Positions 16,786 to 25,857 of a stretch of DNA of 32,000 nucleotides are shown in pieces. Under the pieces are notes generated by a model, which saw nothing but the letters and a program-made list of their open reading frames with translations, made no database searches and was not told the origin of the DNA. Positions within the stretch are counted from its first letter, which is position 1. The number at the start of each line of letters is the position of its first letter. The DNA comes from an uncultured archaeon. GTDB lineage: Archaea; Asgardarchaeota; Thorarchaeia; Thorarchaeales; Thorarchaeaceae. The DNA is taken from NCBI GenBank assembly GCA_964354495.1, contig CAYHAA010000016.1, positions 38,585 to 70,584 on the forward strand. The letters run 5' to 3'. Made by a program: the position numbers and the translations under genes.

Positions 16786-18000
16786 TCACACACCTCTCAG
16801 AACTATGTCCGGTTCAGTTATCGCATTTCTCCATGATGGAATGATGGCTGCGACAAGGATGGGCACTACTCCGACTGCGTAGATGGTGAAGACTGTTGAC
16901 AGCGAGATTGTGAGTGGAATCCCACCTGGGAGAAGGCTGAGACTCCACCCAAGAAGATAGCCCGCTATGACCGGCCCTCCCAGTATGAAGTCATAGATGA
17001 TTGCAAAAGAGATACCTAGACTGACTCCTAGGAGACTGAGTGTGATGGACTCAAGCATTCTGATCTCGAGCACATCCACGGTATCGAAGCCTAGAGCCTT
17101 TAACAGACCGACCTCCCTACGTGCCTCCTCTGATATGGCACCCGATGCTGTGAAGGCGATAAGGATCACTGCCATGAGCACGACAGTCCAGAGAAGTGCT
17201 GCCATGCCAGCACGACCGCCATAGGCTTTCAGCAAAGAGTCACTGATAGCATCGTGAGTCAGAACCCTTGCTTCTGGTATCCCGGTATCCAGTCTGAATG
17301 CTACACTGTTCAGGTCTGCCCCCGGCGTCACCCACACCGCCATGTCGGTACAGGTGTCGTTCTCGTATCCTATTACGTCACGCGCGCTGATGATATCAGT
17401 CAAGACCATGTCATAGCTGAATATCTTGGAGTCACTCGAAAACACGCCTATGACCTCGAATTCGATGAGTTCGCCATCAAAAGCAATCAGAGAGAGAACA
17501 GTCCCCACCTGCACATGCAGGGACATAGCAGAGGCGGCCATCAAATCGACTATACCCTGACCGATGACCATCTTTCCTCTATCTGATTCGTTGAGGAATC
17601 TTCCATCCCCTACAATCTCGGTTCCAACAGCGCCAATCATACTTCCATACTCTGATGCATTGACTCCCATGATGGTAAGGAGACTTCCACTCCCAACATC
17701 GAAGTAGCCCCAGATCCGTGGTGTTGCGAATCGCACGCCCGTTGTTCCTGTGACATTTGTCACCCATGTTGCTGGAATAGGCACTTGGCGACCGCCGACC
17801 AGTCTCTGAATGACAATATCTGGTCCCTCATCCATCGAGTCTGAGATGTCCTGCACGACGCCCTCCCTGATGAATTCGACCGAGCAGAGTATCGAGGTTG
17901 AGAAGAATAGGGCGATGATGATAGCTATGCTCCGTGTTCGATACTTCAACACATTTCCCAGGGCATAGCTTGCCAGATTACTGTGTTTTCGTGCTCCCAT
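16786..18000 (-). CDS. FtsX/LolE/MacB-family ABC permease
   Basis: N-terminal TM, extracytoplasmic domain ('PRIWGYF'), 'RREVGLLKALGF' motif and 3 C-terminal TMs. Confidence 0.9.
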   Translation of the reverse strand: MGARKHSNLASYALGNVLKYRTRSIAIIIALFFSTSILCSVEFIREGVVQDISDSMDEGPDIVIQRLVGGRQVPIPATWVTNVTGTTGVRFATPRIWGYFDVGSGSLLTIMGVNASEYGSMIGAVGTEIVGDGRFLNESDRGKMVIGQGIVDLMAASAMSLHVQVGTVLSLIAFDGELIEFEVIGVFSSDSKIFSYDMVLTDIISARDVIGYENDTCTDMAVWVTPGADLNSVAFRLDTGIPEARVLTHDAISDSLLKAYGGRAGMAALLWTVVLMAVILIAFTASGAISEEARREVGLLKALGFDTVDVLEIRMLESITLSLLGVSLGISFAIIYDFILGGPVIAGYLLGWSLSLLPGGIPLTISLSTVFTIYAVGVVPILVAAIIPSWRNAITEPDIVLRGV

Positions 18001-18382
18001 AACTTCTCCTTCCTAAGAACAGTATCAATGATAGAGGTACTGCCGTGAAGAGTGCTGCCAACAAGATGATACTCCAATCTATCCTCGAATTGCCATATGT
18101 CCATGATTGAGTCATAGAAGCATCAGTACGACTGTCGTGAGTCCCAGACTGCAGCGGGCTTCCGATGTAGAGTGAATACCCACCAGGGATGTCTCCAATG
18201 ATACCAAATGGTGATTCAACCCCCGGTGCTCGGATGTAATATGAGTCTTGCACAATTGAAGGACCAATCTCGAAAAATGGCCACTGCGTTGTCTGAGTAG
18301 AGGTCTGAGCAGCGAAAGTGTATCCAACATTGAATGCAATTGAAAGGAAGATGATGACCGACAGCAATGCGCTCTTTCGCAT
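17978..18382 (-). CDS. Small exported/membrane-anchored hypothetical protein
   Basis: Signal-peptide-like MRKSALLSVIIFLSIAF and a C-terminal TM followed by RR. Embedded in a tightly packed minus-strand run. Confidence 0.6.
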   Translation of the reverse strand: MRKSALLSVIIFLSIAFNVGYTFAAQTSTQTTQWPFFEIGPSIVQDSYYIRAPGVESPFGIIGDIPGGYSLYIGSPLQSGTHDSRTDASMTQSWTYGNSRIDWSIILLAALFTAVPLSLILFLGRRSYGSTKTQ

Positions 18383-18393
18383 ACTCACACCAC

Positions 18394-18864
18394 TCATGAC
18401 CAAACATATGGATTCGCGATGATCATACCGCCGTACTCATCTAGGAAATGGCTCTCACACATTTCAACTTCAGCTACATCTTCGCAGAGCGGTACTATTG
18501 TTGGCTCCATTGTTGTTGGATTATGATACTCTGCTGAGTATACCCATACAATCATCGGATCGTCCCAGTCCATGAGCATACCGCAAATTGGACACCGAAC
18601 TTGGACATTATCAAGAGCCTCAATCTCGTCATGATCGACTAACACTTGAAATGCTAGGAGTGAGATACTCACACAGCAGTAGTGTTTTACTGTCCCATTG
18701 TGAAATGTGAGTGTCACTTCATGTCCTATTCTGCTCTGGATCTCAAGATGGGTGTAGTCACAATAGTGGATTACAGGAGTGAATATGGCAGTATAGGCGT
18801 AAATACCGAAACAGCCAAAGATGACAAGAACCACCTGAAGCATCTTACGCTGTTCGGAGTTCAT
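18394..18864 (-). CDS. Membrane-anchored Cys-rich protein, NosL/TRASH-like metal-binding
   Basis: N-terminal TM. 'YCDY...TLTFHNGTVKHYCC' and 'CPICGM' resemble NosL/YHS/TRASH motifs. Confidence 0.6.
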   Translation of the reverse strand: MNSEQRKMLQVVLVIFGCFGIYAYTAIFTPVIHYCDYTHLEIQSRIGHEVTLTFHNGTVKHYCCVSISLLAFQVLVDHDEIEALDNVQVRCPICGMLMDWDDPMIVWVYSAEYHNPTTMEPTIVPLCEDVAEVEMCESHFLDEYGGMIIANPYVWS

Positions 18865-18876
18865 CCTGCACCACCA

Positions 18877-19065
18877 TCACTCGAGGCTCTTGAATCCACC
18901 AATGAGAGACATGACCGAAATTGCCGCACCAAGGATGGTCTCAACCGTGCGAGTGTCCCAGCATCGCATTGGATTAATACAGACCGGAACGAAGCTCCAT
19001 GGGGCAATTGCTACAAGTGTTCCCAGAATGAAGATTACGACATAAAGTATCGATATTAGTTTCAT
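18877..19065 (-). CDS. Small 2-TM protein with a CxxxxxC loop (DUF4418-like)
   Basis: MKLIS...APWSFVPVCINPMRCWDT. SD AGGTGA precedes ATG 19065. Confidence 0.55.
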   Translation of the reverse strand: MKLISILYVVIFILGTLVAIAPWSFVPVCINPMRCWDTRTVETILGAAISVMSLIGGFKSLE

Positions 19066-19078
19066 CACATTCACCTTA

Positions 19079-19489
19079 TCATATTGTTGTAAGTTGTATA
19101 GAAAACGTCTGACTGATTGCCGCATTTCTGATGGGCGCACTGTCAAACGCTGTCACAAAGAATCGCGCATTATCGCTGTCACTGACAGGACCGAACGTAC
19201 CAACCCATCTTCCTCCAGCAATGCAGAGGCACGCGAAGAATCGCATGTCTAGCTCAGTCCAGGTCTCCCCATCAAGTGTACTTGATAGTTGAGCCCCTGA
19301 CACGCCAGAGCGGTCAACGCAGTAAATCACGACGTTGATAATGTCCCCGGCCACAGGCTGTACAGGCAGAATATCTATCTCATAGATAAGAGGCCCATCA
19401 GCATCCTCGACAATGGCATTCACAATGATACCTGTAAGAAGTATCATCACGATAGCACCTATGCAGATGAGTTTAGTCTGATTCTTCAT
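19079..19489 (-). CDS. Membrane-anchored beta-rich (Ig-like) protein with a CLC motif
   Basis: N-terminal TM/signal, 'DGPLIYEI...PVAGDIINV' pattern and 'ACLCIAGGRW'. Start could be 19489 or 19522. Confidence 0.65.
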   Translation of the reverse strand: MKNQTKLICIGAIVMILLTGIIVNAIVEDADGPLIYEIDILPVQPVAGDIINVVIYCVDRSGVSGAQLSSTLDGETWTELDMRFFACLCIAGGRWVGTFGPVSDSDNARFFVTAFDSAPIRNAAISQTFSIQLTTI

Positions 19490-19542
19490 CGAGCAGGCTC
19501 TACTCCCTGAATGATGTATCATCTCCTCCCCATAGAGAACAA

Positions 19543-19563
19543 CTATACAATCTTTGTGTATAG
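19543..19563. promoter_or_regulatory. Inverted repeat CTATACA-N7-TGTATAG upstream of the minus-strand Cys-rich/ABC gene run
   Basis: Seen directly; position is compatible with an operator. Confidence 0.3.
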
Positions 19564-19876
19564 CTCTGAAACCACTAATTCAGGTCGATTGTGTTCAGGA
19601 ACTGCAGGGTATGTGACAGCTGCAGAAGACTTGAACAGAGTTGGACAGGTGTCTATACTGTGAGGCCAGAGACAGAGTGCTGAGGTTGACTCGACACGAA
19701 ATCTGACCTCATGGAGTCAAGCCCAGTGCCATCTCTGGGCGGGCAGCACTCCAGTATCCAAGATTGTCCAACTAACAATGAACGGTGCGGTACCTTCACT
19801 AGTCTCCTCCAATGTATACTCCAGCGAATACCCCTCAAGTACCCGAGAATATATGCAATCGTGCCCAATAACAGGT

Positions 19877-20332
19877 ATGGCAATCGAGGACACTTTGATT
19901 GGTCTTGCCATTGGACTGGTCGTGGCCGCATGTGTCTACCTTCTCATGGGAATACACCTTCGTCACCGTATCTCTATTGTGACCAAGGAGTTTGAAAAGA
20001 CGTGGGCAGAGCAGGAAACCTCTGTTCGTAGGGATGCAGCAGATAGAAGTCGCTACGTTCTGAAGGGTAAGATTGCAGAGCATATGGTCCCTCTCCTTCA
20101 GGATGTATTCAAGTATGACCCATCAGATGCACGATTCATCGGCGCTCCTATCGATTATCTGATCTTTGATGGCTACACTGCAGTCAAGGATGATAACTCA
20201 GATGAGCCAATCGCTGTGATTCTTGCCGATATCAAGACAGGAGGAGCAAGTCTGAATAGAACAGAGCGGAAAATCAAGGAGGCCGTTGAAGCAGGCCGTG
20301 TTCGATGGGAAACTATCCAGCTCGATTTCTGA
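19877..20332 (+). CDS. Holliday-junction-resolvase-like endonuclease (Endonuc_Holl-type PD-(D/E)xK) with an N-terminal TM
   Basis: 'VLKGKIAEHMVP...DARFIGAPIDYLIFDG...DIKTG..SLNRTERKIKEAVEAGRVRW'. Start placed at ATG 19877. Confidence 0.85.
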   Translation: MAIEDTLIGLAIGLVVAACVYLLMGIHLRHRISIVTKEFEKTWAEQETSVRRDAADRSRYVLKGKIAEHMVPLLQDVFKYDPSDARFIGAPIDYLIFDGYTAVKDDNSDEPIAVILADIKTGGASLNRTERKIKEAVEAGRVRWETIQLDF

Positions 20333-20393
20333 GGTTCCTTCAATCATGGCGATGTCATACAGAGCAGCGGCACAATACTGAGAATAAAGAGAA

Positions 20394-20759
20394 TCACTCG
20401 CAGAAGCACTCTTTCATGATTGCTCGAATCACTGCGTCGTTGACTAGTTGTTCATCTGGCAGACCTGTGAGCATCGTATCACAGATCTTGATGGTAGGCA
20501 GTGCCAATATGTCGTCTGTACTGCATCCGCAGTCATCATCAGATTCAACATCTATTGAGCGGATTGCGCTGCTTGGGACGCCGAAGTCAGAGAGAGCACC
20601 CTGTAGAATTTCCTCGGCCTTGTCGCAAAAGAGACAGAGTTCTCCCTTGTACATGACAATACACCCGCACCTTCCACAGGGTGCGGCTGTCGGCCGTGTA
20701 TCTGATACGGATTCTACCTTGGCTTTCATCTGTTCATCCCATAGATCACGACGAGCCAT
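20394..20759 (-). CDS. Thioredoxin/glutaredoxin-fold protein with extra Cys clusters
   Basis: 'IVMYKGELCLFCDKAEEIL' gives a CxxC; 'ALPTIKI' resembles the cis-Pro loop; 'GLP' follows. Confidence 0.7.
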   Translation of the reverse strand: MARRDLWDEQMKAKVESVSDTRPTAAPCGRCGCIVMYKGELCLFCDKAEEILQGALSDFGVPSSAIRSIDVESDDDCGCSTDDILALPTIKICDTMLTGLPDEQLVNDAVIRAIMKECFCE

Positions 20760-20989
20760 ATCCTGACATTGCTTAGGTCAATTATCAGATCTGTGATGGT
20801 CCGTCGTAATTCTTATGGTATAATAGCAATCAATAGATTATAAGCATAAGTTGTCTGTAGTGAAGAGCACCGAAGGATTACGTTGAACCAAACTCCTATT
20901 ATTCGGATTGAACTCTATCTCTGCACTTAACAGAAATCCGCGCTGTTACTCTAGGCTTCCAGTATCAAACTGGTATGAGGTGAATCACC

Positions 20990-22681
20990 ATCGCACTATC
21001 GAGGTATCACGTCTTCTTGCTAACTCTTATTCTCTCAGTTTCAGTGCTTCCTACAGAGGTTTTGGCTGCAACGGGCAGCAGTTCTGTCCCTGTTGCCGAG
21101 AAGGTCGAGGTTCCATCTGTCACACGGACTTGGGACACGCTCTCTCTACTCTATGAAGATCAGTTTCATGACCCTGTGGAAGTTGAAGAAGAGGTTGCCA
21201 ACATACAGAGTCTGGTTCCTGAGCTTGTAGACGTCGAGATTATCGGTGAGAGCATCGAGGGAAGGAACATCACAAGTCTTCGAATAACGAATGAGATGGA
21301 TACGGTTCAAAAGGCAAAGACCCTGATTGTTGCTCAGCACCACGGTCGTGAACAGATTACCGTCGAACTCGCTCTACGATTCATTCTCTGGCTTCTCAAC
21401 GGCTACGGTGTAGATTCTGTGCTCACAGAGTATGTTGACACGCAGGAGATCTACGTGATTCCCACTCTGAATCCTGACGCTCTCGACATCGTTGTCAATG
21501 ATGGCAATCACTGGCTCAGAAAGAATCTACGTCCCTATGACAATGATGGTGACGGTCTATTCGGTGAAGATGACGCAGAGGACGCAGATGGTGATGGTTC
21601 CATCTCGGAGTACTCTGTCTACCTCAAGAGCTATCCAACTGAAATCCCTGCTATCCAGGACGCTGACTATTGGTATTATGAAGGAATTGACAATGATAAT
21701 GATACCTTAATCAACGAGGATGAGATCGGGCTTGTTGATTTGAATCGTAACTACCCGAATTTCTGGGATCTTGGTGTGACAGATGTCACTACTCAGGAGT
21801 ATCGTGGAACAACACCATTCTCAGAGCCTGAGACCCAAGCCTTCAGGGACTTTGCACTGCTACACAAGTTCGCAATGGCCTACTCCCTGCATTCTGGTAC
21901 CAACGCTACCTTCTTTGTCCAATCCGGAAGCAACTACTGGGTGGAGCCTACTCTCTATTATCAGATGGCTAGTGACTATCGTGGCATTCTACCCTCGGGA
22001 TTCAATAACGGATTAGGTTATCCAGCTCTTGATGTACTGAATCTTGCATCAGCGACTGCTGGGGGCTGGGGCGAGTGGATGTACTACGAACAAGACTGCA
22101 CTGCACCGATAACCTTTGAGATCTACACAAATGAATCTGCAAATGTCGACGATGCGTACGTGATCATAGTGAACAACAGTACGCATATCATCCGCGAGTG
22201 GGAGGGTATCTATGGCTACTTCAACCCGGTTGTTGAGCACATCCAGACTCTCTGGTTTGAACTCCTTCCAGCCTTTGAGTACCTCCTCGAGATGACCCCG
22301 CGGATTGACATAGATATCACAGCAATATCTGGAGGGATCAATACAGGCGAAACCTTGACTCTCACGACCTCGATGCACTGTCTGAGTTCACGACTAGGTA
22401 GTAAGGAGCCAATGGTGCTTCTTGGAAATGAAAGCGAAGTGCTTGATACGATGACTGTTGTCGAAGCTGGTCAGACTCTTACAGACCAAGTGCCCTTCAT
22501 TCTGTCTGAAGACCTGTCATACTCGGGCTACACGGTCTCGATAGGCAACAACTACTCAGGTTATGCTCAGTTCATTCTCTCTTTGGGAAGTCCCGTGGGT
22601 CCTGACGTGATGCTAATTGGCATCAGTATCGGCATTGTACTAGCTGCTATCGCTATCATCGTCTACCTGAAACGCCGATGA
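20990..22681 (+). CDS. Secreted, C-terminally anchored M14 zinc carboxypeptidase with DxDxDG-type acidic loops
   Basis: HHGRE, NPD, LRKN, VDLNRNY, SEPET, SLHSG and TFEI motifs; signal peptide; C-terminal TM followed by KRR. Start may be ATC 20990 (SD GAGGTGA) or TTG 21017. Confidence 0.9.
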   Translation: MALSRYHVFLLTLILSVSVLPTEVLAATGSSSVPVAEKVEVPSVTRTWDTLSLLYEDQFHDPVEVEEEVANIQSLVPELVDVEIIGESIEGRNITSLRITNEMDTVQKAKTLIVAQHHGREQITVELALRFILWLLNGYGVDSVLTEYVDTQEIYVIPTLNPDALDIVVNDGNHWLRKNLRPYDNDGDGLFGEDDAEDADGDGSISEYSVYLKSYPTEIPAIQDADYWYYEGIDNDNDTLINEDEIGLVDLNRNYPNFWDLGVTDVTTQEYRGTTPFSEPETQAFRDFALLHKFAMAYSLHSGTNATFFVQSGSNYWVEPTLYYQMASDYRGILPSGFNNGLGYPALDVLNLASATAGGWGEWMYYEQDCTAPITFEIYTNESANVDDAYVIIVNNSTHIIREWEGIYGYFNPVVEHIQTLWFELLPAFEYLLEMTPRIDIDITAISGGINTGETLTLTTSMHCLSSRLGSKEPMVLLGNESEVLDTMTVVEAGQTLTDQVPFILSEDLSYSGYTVSIGNNYSGYAQFILSLGSPVGPDVMLIGISIGIVLAAIAIIVYLKRR

Positions 22682-22774
22682 GAGTGTTATGAGTGAGCAA
22701 GTAGTCGTACAGTGTAGGAATAGGATACTTGATAACAGTGCGTGGATGCGCAGGTTTTGGAGACTGGACAGTCC

Positions 22775-23344
22775 ATGCACTTCAAGAAACTGGTTGGCAG
22801 AATATGCTACCTCTCACCAGTCAGCAAAGACTCAGCAGAGAGCTGGGCAAGATGGGATAATGACCTTGAGGTTGGAATTCCATTGGGGAATGAGGCCTAC
22901 ACACCATCAACAATCGAATCAGCAGAGGAGAACATCGCCTCGATTATCAAAGAGAAGACACACGGGTTCGATATCCTCGAAATCGAGTCCGACAATCTCG
23001 TCGGTCGATGCTTCTTGGGTTCCTTGGACAATGTCAATCGAAGTTGCAGACTGGGAATCGTGATTGGCGAGAAGACGCACTGGGATAGAGGGTTTGGAAC
23101 CGAGGCGGTTAATCTACTCCTTGAGTATGCGTTCAATATCCTCAATATGAACAGCGTCAATCTTGGCACATACTCATACAACAAGAGGGCTATCGCCTGT
23201 TACAAGAGAGTCGGATTCAAGGAAATCGGGCGACGGAGAGAGTCTCGTATAATCGGTGAGAAGAAGTACGATACCATAATGATGGATGTACTGGCCCGGG
23301 AGCATGAAACAGTGTACCTTGCCGATGTTTTCCCAGTTGAGTAG
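22775..23344 (+). CDS. GNAT acetyltransferase, RimJ/RimL type
   Basis: 'LGIVIGEKTHWDRGFGTEAV...LEYAF...NKRAIACYKRVGFKEIGRRRE'. Start at ATG 22775 (alternative GTG 22742). Confidence 0.9.
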   Translation: MHFKKLVGRICYLSPVSKDSAESWARWDNDLEVGIPLGNEAYTPSTIESAEENIASIIKEKTHGFDILEIESDNLVGRCFLGSLDNVNRSCRLGIVIGEKTHWDRGFGTEAVNLLLEYAFNILNMNSVNLGTYSYNKRAIACYKRVGFKEIGRRRESRIIGEKKYDTIMMDVLAREHETVYLADVFPVE

Positions 23345-23438
23345 CTCTACTGCTACCTCACTACTACCCTAATTCATCCTGGTCCTCCCTTGTAGTTATA
23401 TGGTGGATTATCGTACGCAACCACTCTAAGGTGATTCC

Positions 23439-23840
23439 TTGGAACGAACAACATACCACAAGTACATGTATACGGTTGCAGCGGTCTGGAACTGGATCCT
23501 GTCTGTGAGCTTTCTTATCCTTCCCAGGATTGATCCTGCATACTTCTCAATAGCGGGTCCTATGGCTCCCCCGCCGACACTTCTTTGGTTTGACTCATTC
23601 TTTGGGCTCGTATTCGCATTTGGACTTGGGTTTTACTTCATCAGTAGGAGCACGACTGAGAATCACGGGCTCGTCAAGATGGCCATCTTTGAGAAGGCAT
23701 GGGTCTTCGTGATGGGACTCTACTACTTCCTTATCGCTCAGGCATCAATATGGGTGCTCGTTGTTGTGTCAGGAGACCTTCTCTTTGGCATTCTGTTCCT
23801 CGAAGATTTGAGGTCTATCGTGAAGTCGATTGCCAAATGA
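23439..23840 (+). CDS. Hypothetical 4-TM membrane protein
   Basis: TTG start with SD AAGGTGA; four hydrophobic segments. Confidence 0.75.
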   Translation: MERTTYHKYMYTVAAVWNWILSVSFLILPRIDPAYFSIAGPMAPPPTLLWFDSFFGLVFAFGLGFYFISRSTTENHGLVKMAIFEKAWVFVMGLYYFLIAQASIWVLVVVSGDLLFGILFLEDLRSIVKSIAK

Positions 23841-23906
23841 GATGCGCCCCAAATCGGCAAATTCATATTTCTCTGCAGAGGAGCATCCAGGAGGAGTTGA
23901 ATTGAT

Positions 23907-24179
23907 GTGTCTGGAGCAGGTCATCATCCAGATGTGAGGCGCAGGGACGAGAGAGTTTCAATAGATGTTGGGCGGGCATGCGTCATCACAATATGGGGGT
24001 TTGTCATACTTGGCTACATCATCTGCTATGTTGTCGAACAATACTACGGATATGCTATGTACTATGGTATGATTGTGTTCTTGGTTTCTGCAATCATCGT
24101 TACCATTCTCTTTGTAATTGGCGCAATGACTAGCTGGCTATTGAAACGTCGCTCAGGGCTTCAAGTACTCGATGAATAG
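23907..24179 (+). CDS. Small 2-TM membrane protein
   Basis: 'RRRDER' followed by two hydrophobic segments, loosely DUF2178-like. SD-like GAGGAG upstream. Confidence 0.55.
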   Translation: MSGAGHHPDVRRRDERVSIDVGRACVITIWGFVILGYIICYVVEQYYGYAMYYGMIVFLVSAIIVTILFVIGAMTSWLLKRRSGLQVLDE

Positions 24180-24267
24180 GATCTCATCATTATCTCATTC
24201 CTGAATACAGCTCGGGACTTCCGAGATGCGATGTTATTTCACATCCAGAGATGACGATGTCTGAAGA

Positions 24268-24615
24268 ATGCCCATGGATGATGTTGTATTGGATCAGAAT
24301 CTACATCTAACGGAGTCTGAATTGGCGGGACTGGATGAGATTCGCGTTGCCCTAAAGGGAGTAGAGGAATTGCGAAGAGAGGGAATTGATGCCCGAGTTG
24401 AGATTCTCTCTAGTGGAGAAGACTCGAGTCCTGAGGCCTTTCTAAGGTCCTTCAGAGATCTACAGGAATTCATCACCGAACGATACAGCAGAATGCTTGT
24501 TACTGGAGTGGACTCTGCTATTCCTCTCGATGACTTCGAGAGGTTAGTCGCTGATACCACCACCCGTCTACTTGCCGACACTAAGAGAATCCGCGCTATA
24601 GTGCGAGTTGGCTAA
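24268..24615 (+). CDS. Hypothetical acidic protein
   Basis: 115-aa ORF with protein-like composition filling the gap; no family recognised. Confidence 0.6.
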   Translation: MPMDDVVLDQNLHLTESELAGLDEIRVALKGVEELRREGIDARVEILSSGEDSSPEAFLRSFRDLQEFITERYSRMLVTGVDSAIPLDDFERLVADTTTRLLADTKRIRAIVRVG

Positions 24616-24675
24616 TTGGATATCTGCTCGATGGGATGTGCATCTTCTAAATGAGAACTATAGTTAGCCAGACAT

Positions 24676-25095
24676 ATGGCACACACTTTTTCCCTCAGGA
24701 TAGACCAGATTCGGCTGAGCCAGCTTTGCATCAGTTCAGCAAAACTCGCAGATGTGATGAGCGCCTTCGAGAGTGGAAATGAAGCCAGTCTAGCACCTAT
24801 CCCTATCAAGGAGATAGATGGAAAACTAGTGGCTACTGATGGGCATACGCGGCTCTTAGCTTGGCTTCTCCATGGCTACGAGGAAGTCGTTTGTGAATGG
24901 GAAGACACAGAGATGGACTGGGAGGAGTATCGAGTCTGTATGCAGTGGTGCAGAGAGGAGGGAATTCAGACTGTCGCCGATCTCAAGAACAGAATCACTA
25001 ATCCTAACGACTATGAAGTGCTATGGCTTGAAAGATGTCGTTCTATGGAGCAGCAATTCAAGACGAAGAGGAAAAGAACACATTTGACTTCTTGA
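24676..25095 (+). CDS. ParB/sulfiredoxin-like fold protein
   Basis: 'SQLCIS...PIPIKEIDGKLVATDGHTR' matches the ParBc DGHxR motif. Confidence 0.75.
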   Translation: MAHTFSLRIDQIRLSQLCISSAKLADVMSAFESGNEASLAPIPIKEIDGKLVATDGHTRLLAWLLHGYEEVVCEWEDTEMDWEEYRVCMQWCREEGIQTVADLKNRITNPNDYEVLWLERCRSMEQQFKTKRKRTHLTS

Positions 25096-25121
25096 ATGAC
25101 ATCTGAGGAGTCTAGATTGTA

Positions 25122-25784
25122 TCACTTTGAGGATGATATAGTTTTGATTTGCTGAAGAAGACTGCCAAGCCCTACTCTCAACCAAGACAACATTCCTCTC
25201 AGCTTATCCCCGAACCAAGTGACTCCTGTCCATATTAGTGACCCTAATTGTTTGAGTGCATCAGGAACATATTCTGGCTTAAGCCACATGAAGAATAAAA
25301 CAAAGAAAATGAGGACAGCTACTCCCATGGCAATCGCAGGGCCTGCATCTAGCAGTGTTCCGGGTGAATCTGTGGTTGATGTTGTATCGGTAGGCACAGT
25401 ATTGGTTGCTGTGGTGGATGTGACAATCAGCCATGTAGTGAGGGAATACCCCTTATTGCAGACTGCAGTAGCAGTAAGATTGTCACCTACAACGGTTGAA
25501 ACACTGAACGTGTCATTCATTCCCCAGCCAAATGACTGGTTCTCATAGGACCTGTTCAGTAGGGAGATACCATTCTTCCGAATCTCAATGGTTTCAATGA
25601 AGTGATTCTTGGTGCTTGCGGTTGAGTGTGAAACGTTCATCGTAAGGGTCTGTGAACCAAAATCATAGACAAGTTGTATATCGGAAGGTGCCGTGGCGGC
25701 ACAGGACGGGATATTGGCAAGGCTTGTCAATAATGTGAGTGTAACGACCAATGCTAAACACACGGCCCGGTTTTCAAGGCTCAT
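25122..25784 (-). CDS. Exported beta-sandwich protein with a desulfoferrodoxin/SOR-like His/Cys pattern, Thr-rich linker and C-terminal TM
   Basis: Signal peptide, 'VSH......HFIETIEI...AVCN', TTTATNT linker, TM and an amphipathic tail. Confidence 0.6.
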   Translation of the reverse strand: MSLENRAVCLALVVTLTLLTSLANIPSCAATAPSDIQLVYDFGSQTLTMNVSHSTASTKNHFIETIEIRKNGISLLNRSYENQSFGWGMNDTFSVSTVVGDNLTATAVCNKGYSLTTWLIVTSTTATNTVPTDTTSTTDSPGTLLDAGPAIAMGVAVLIFFVLFFMWLKPEYVPDALKQLGSLIWTGVTWFGDKLRGMLSWLRVGLGSLLQQIKTISSSK

Positions 25785-25857
25785 ACCGTTTCCGATTATG
25801 ATTGTTGATGCTATGTTATGATAACCATGTTTCTGGTCAGTCGCTTGGGAGCATCCT

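Noticed and set aside
19653-19799. 48-aa minus-strand ORF with GGAGGAG before a GTG
   Set aside because: No motif, homology cue or repeat support; compatible with chance.
19544-19911. Minus-strand frame interrupted by a single TGA at 19717 (possible selenocysteine readthrough)
   Set aside because: No resemblance to any selenoprotein I recognise, no redox motif around the TGA, and the 5' part overlaps the resolvase gene antisense.
20305-20766. 153-aa plus-strand ORF
   Set aside because: Antisense shadow of the thioredoxin-fold gene.
22689-23063. 124-aa plus-strand ORF starting right after the M14 gene
   Set aside because: Alternative frame overlapping the RimL-type GNAT, which has clear motifs.
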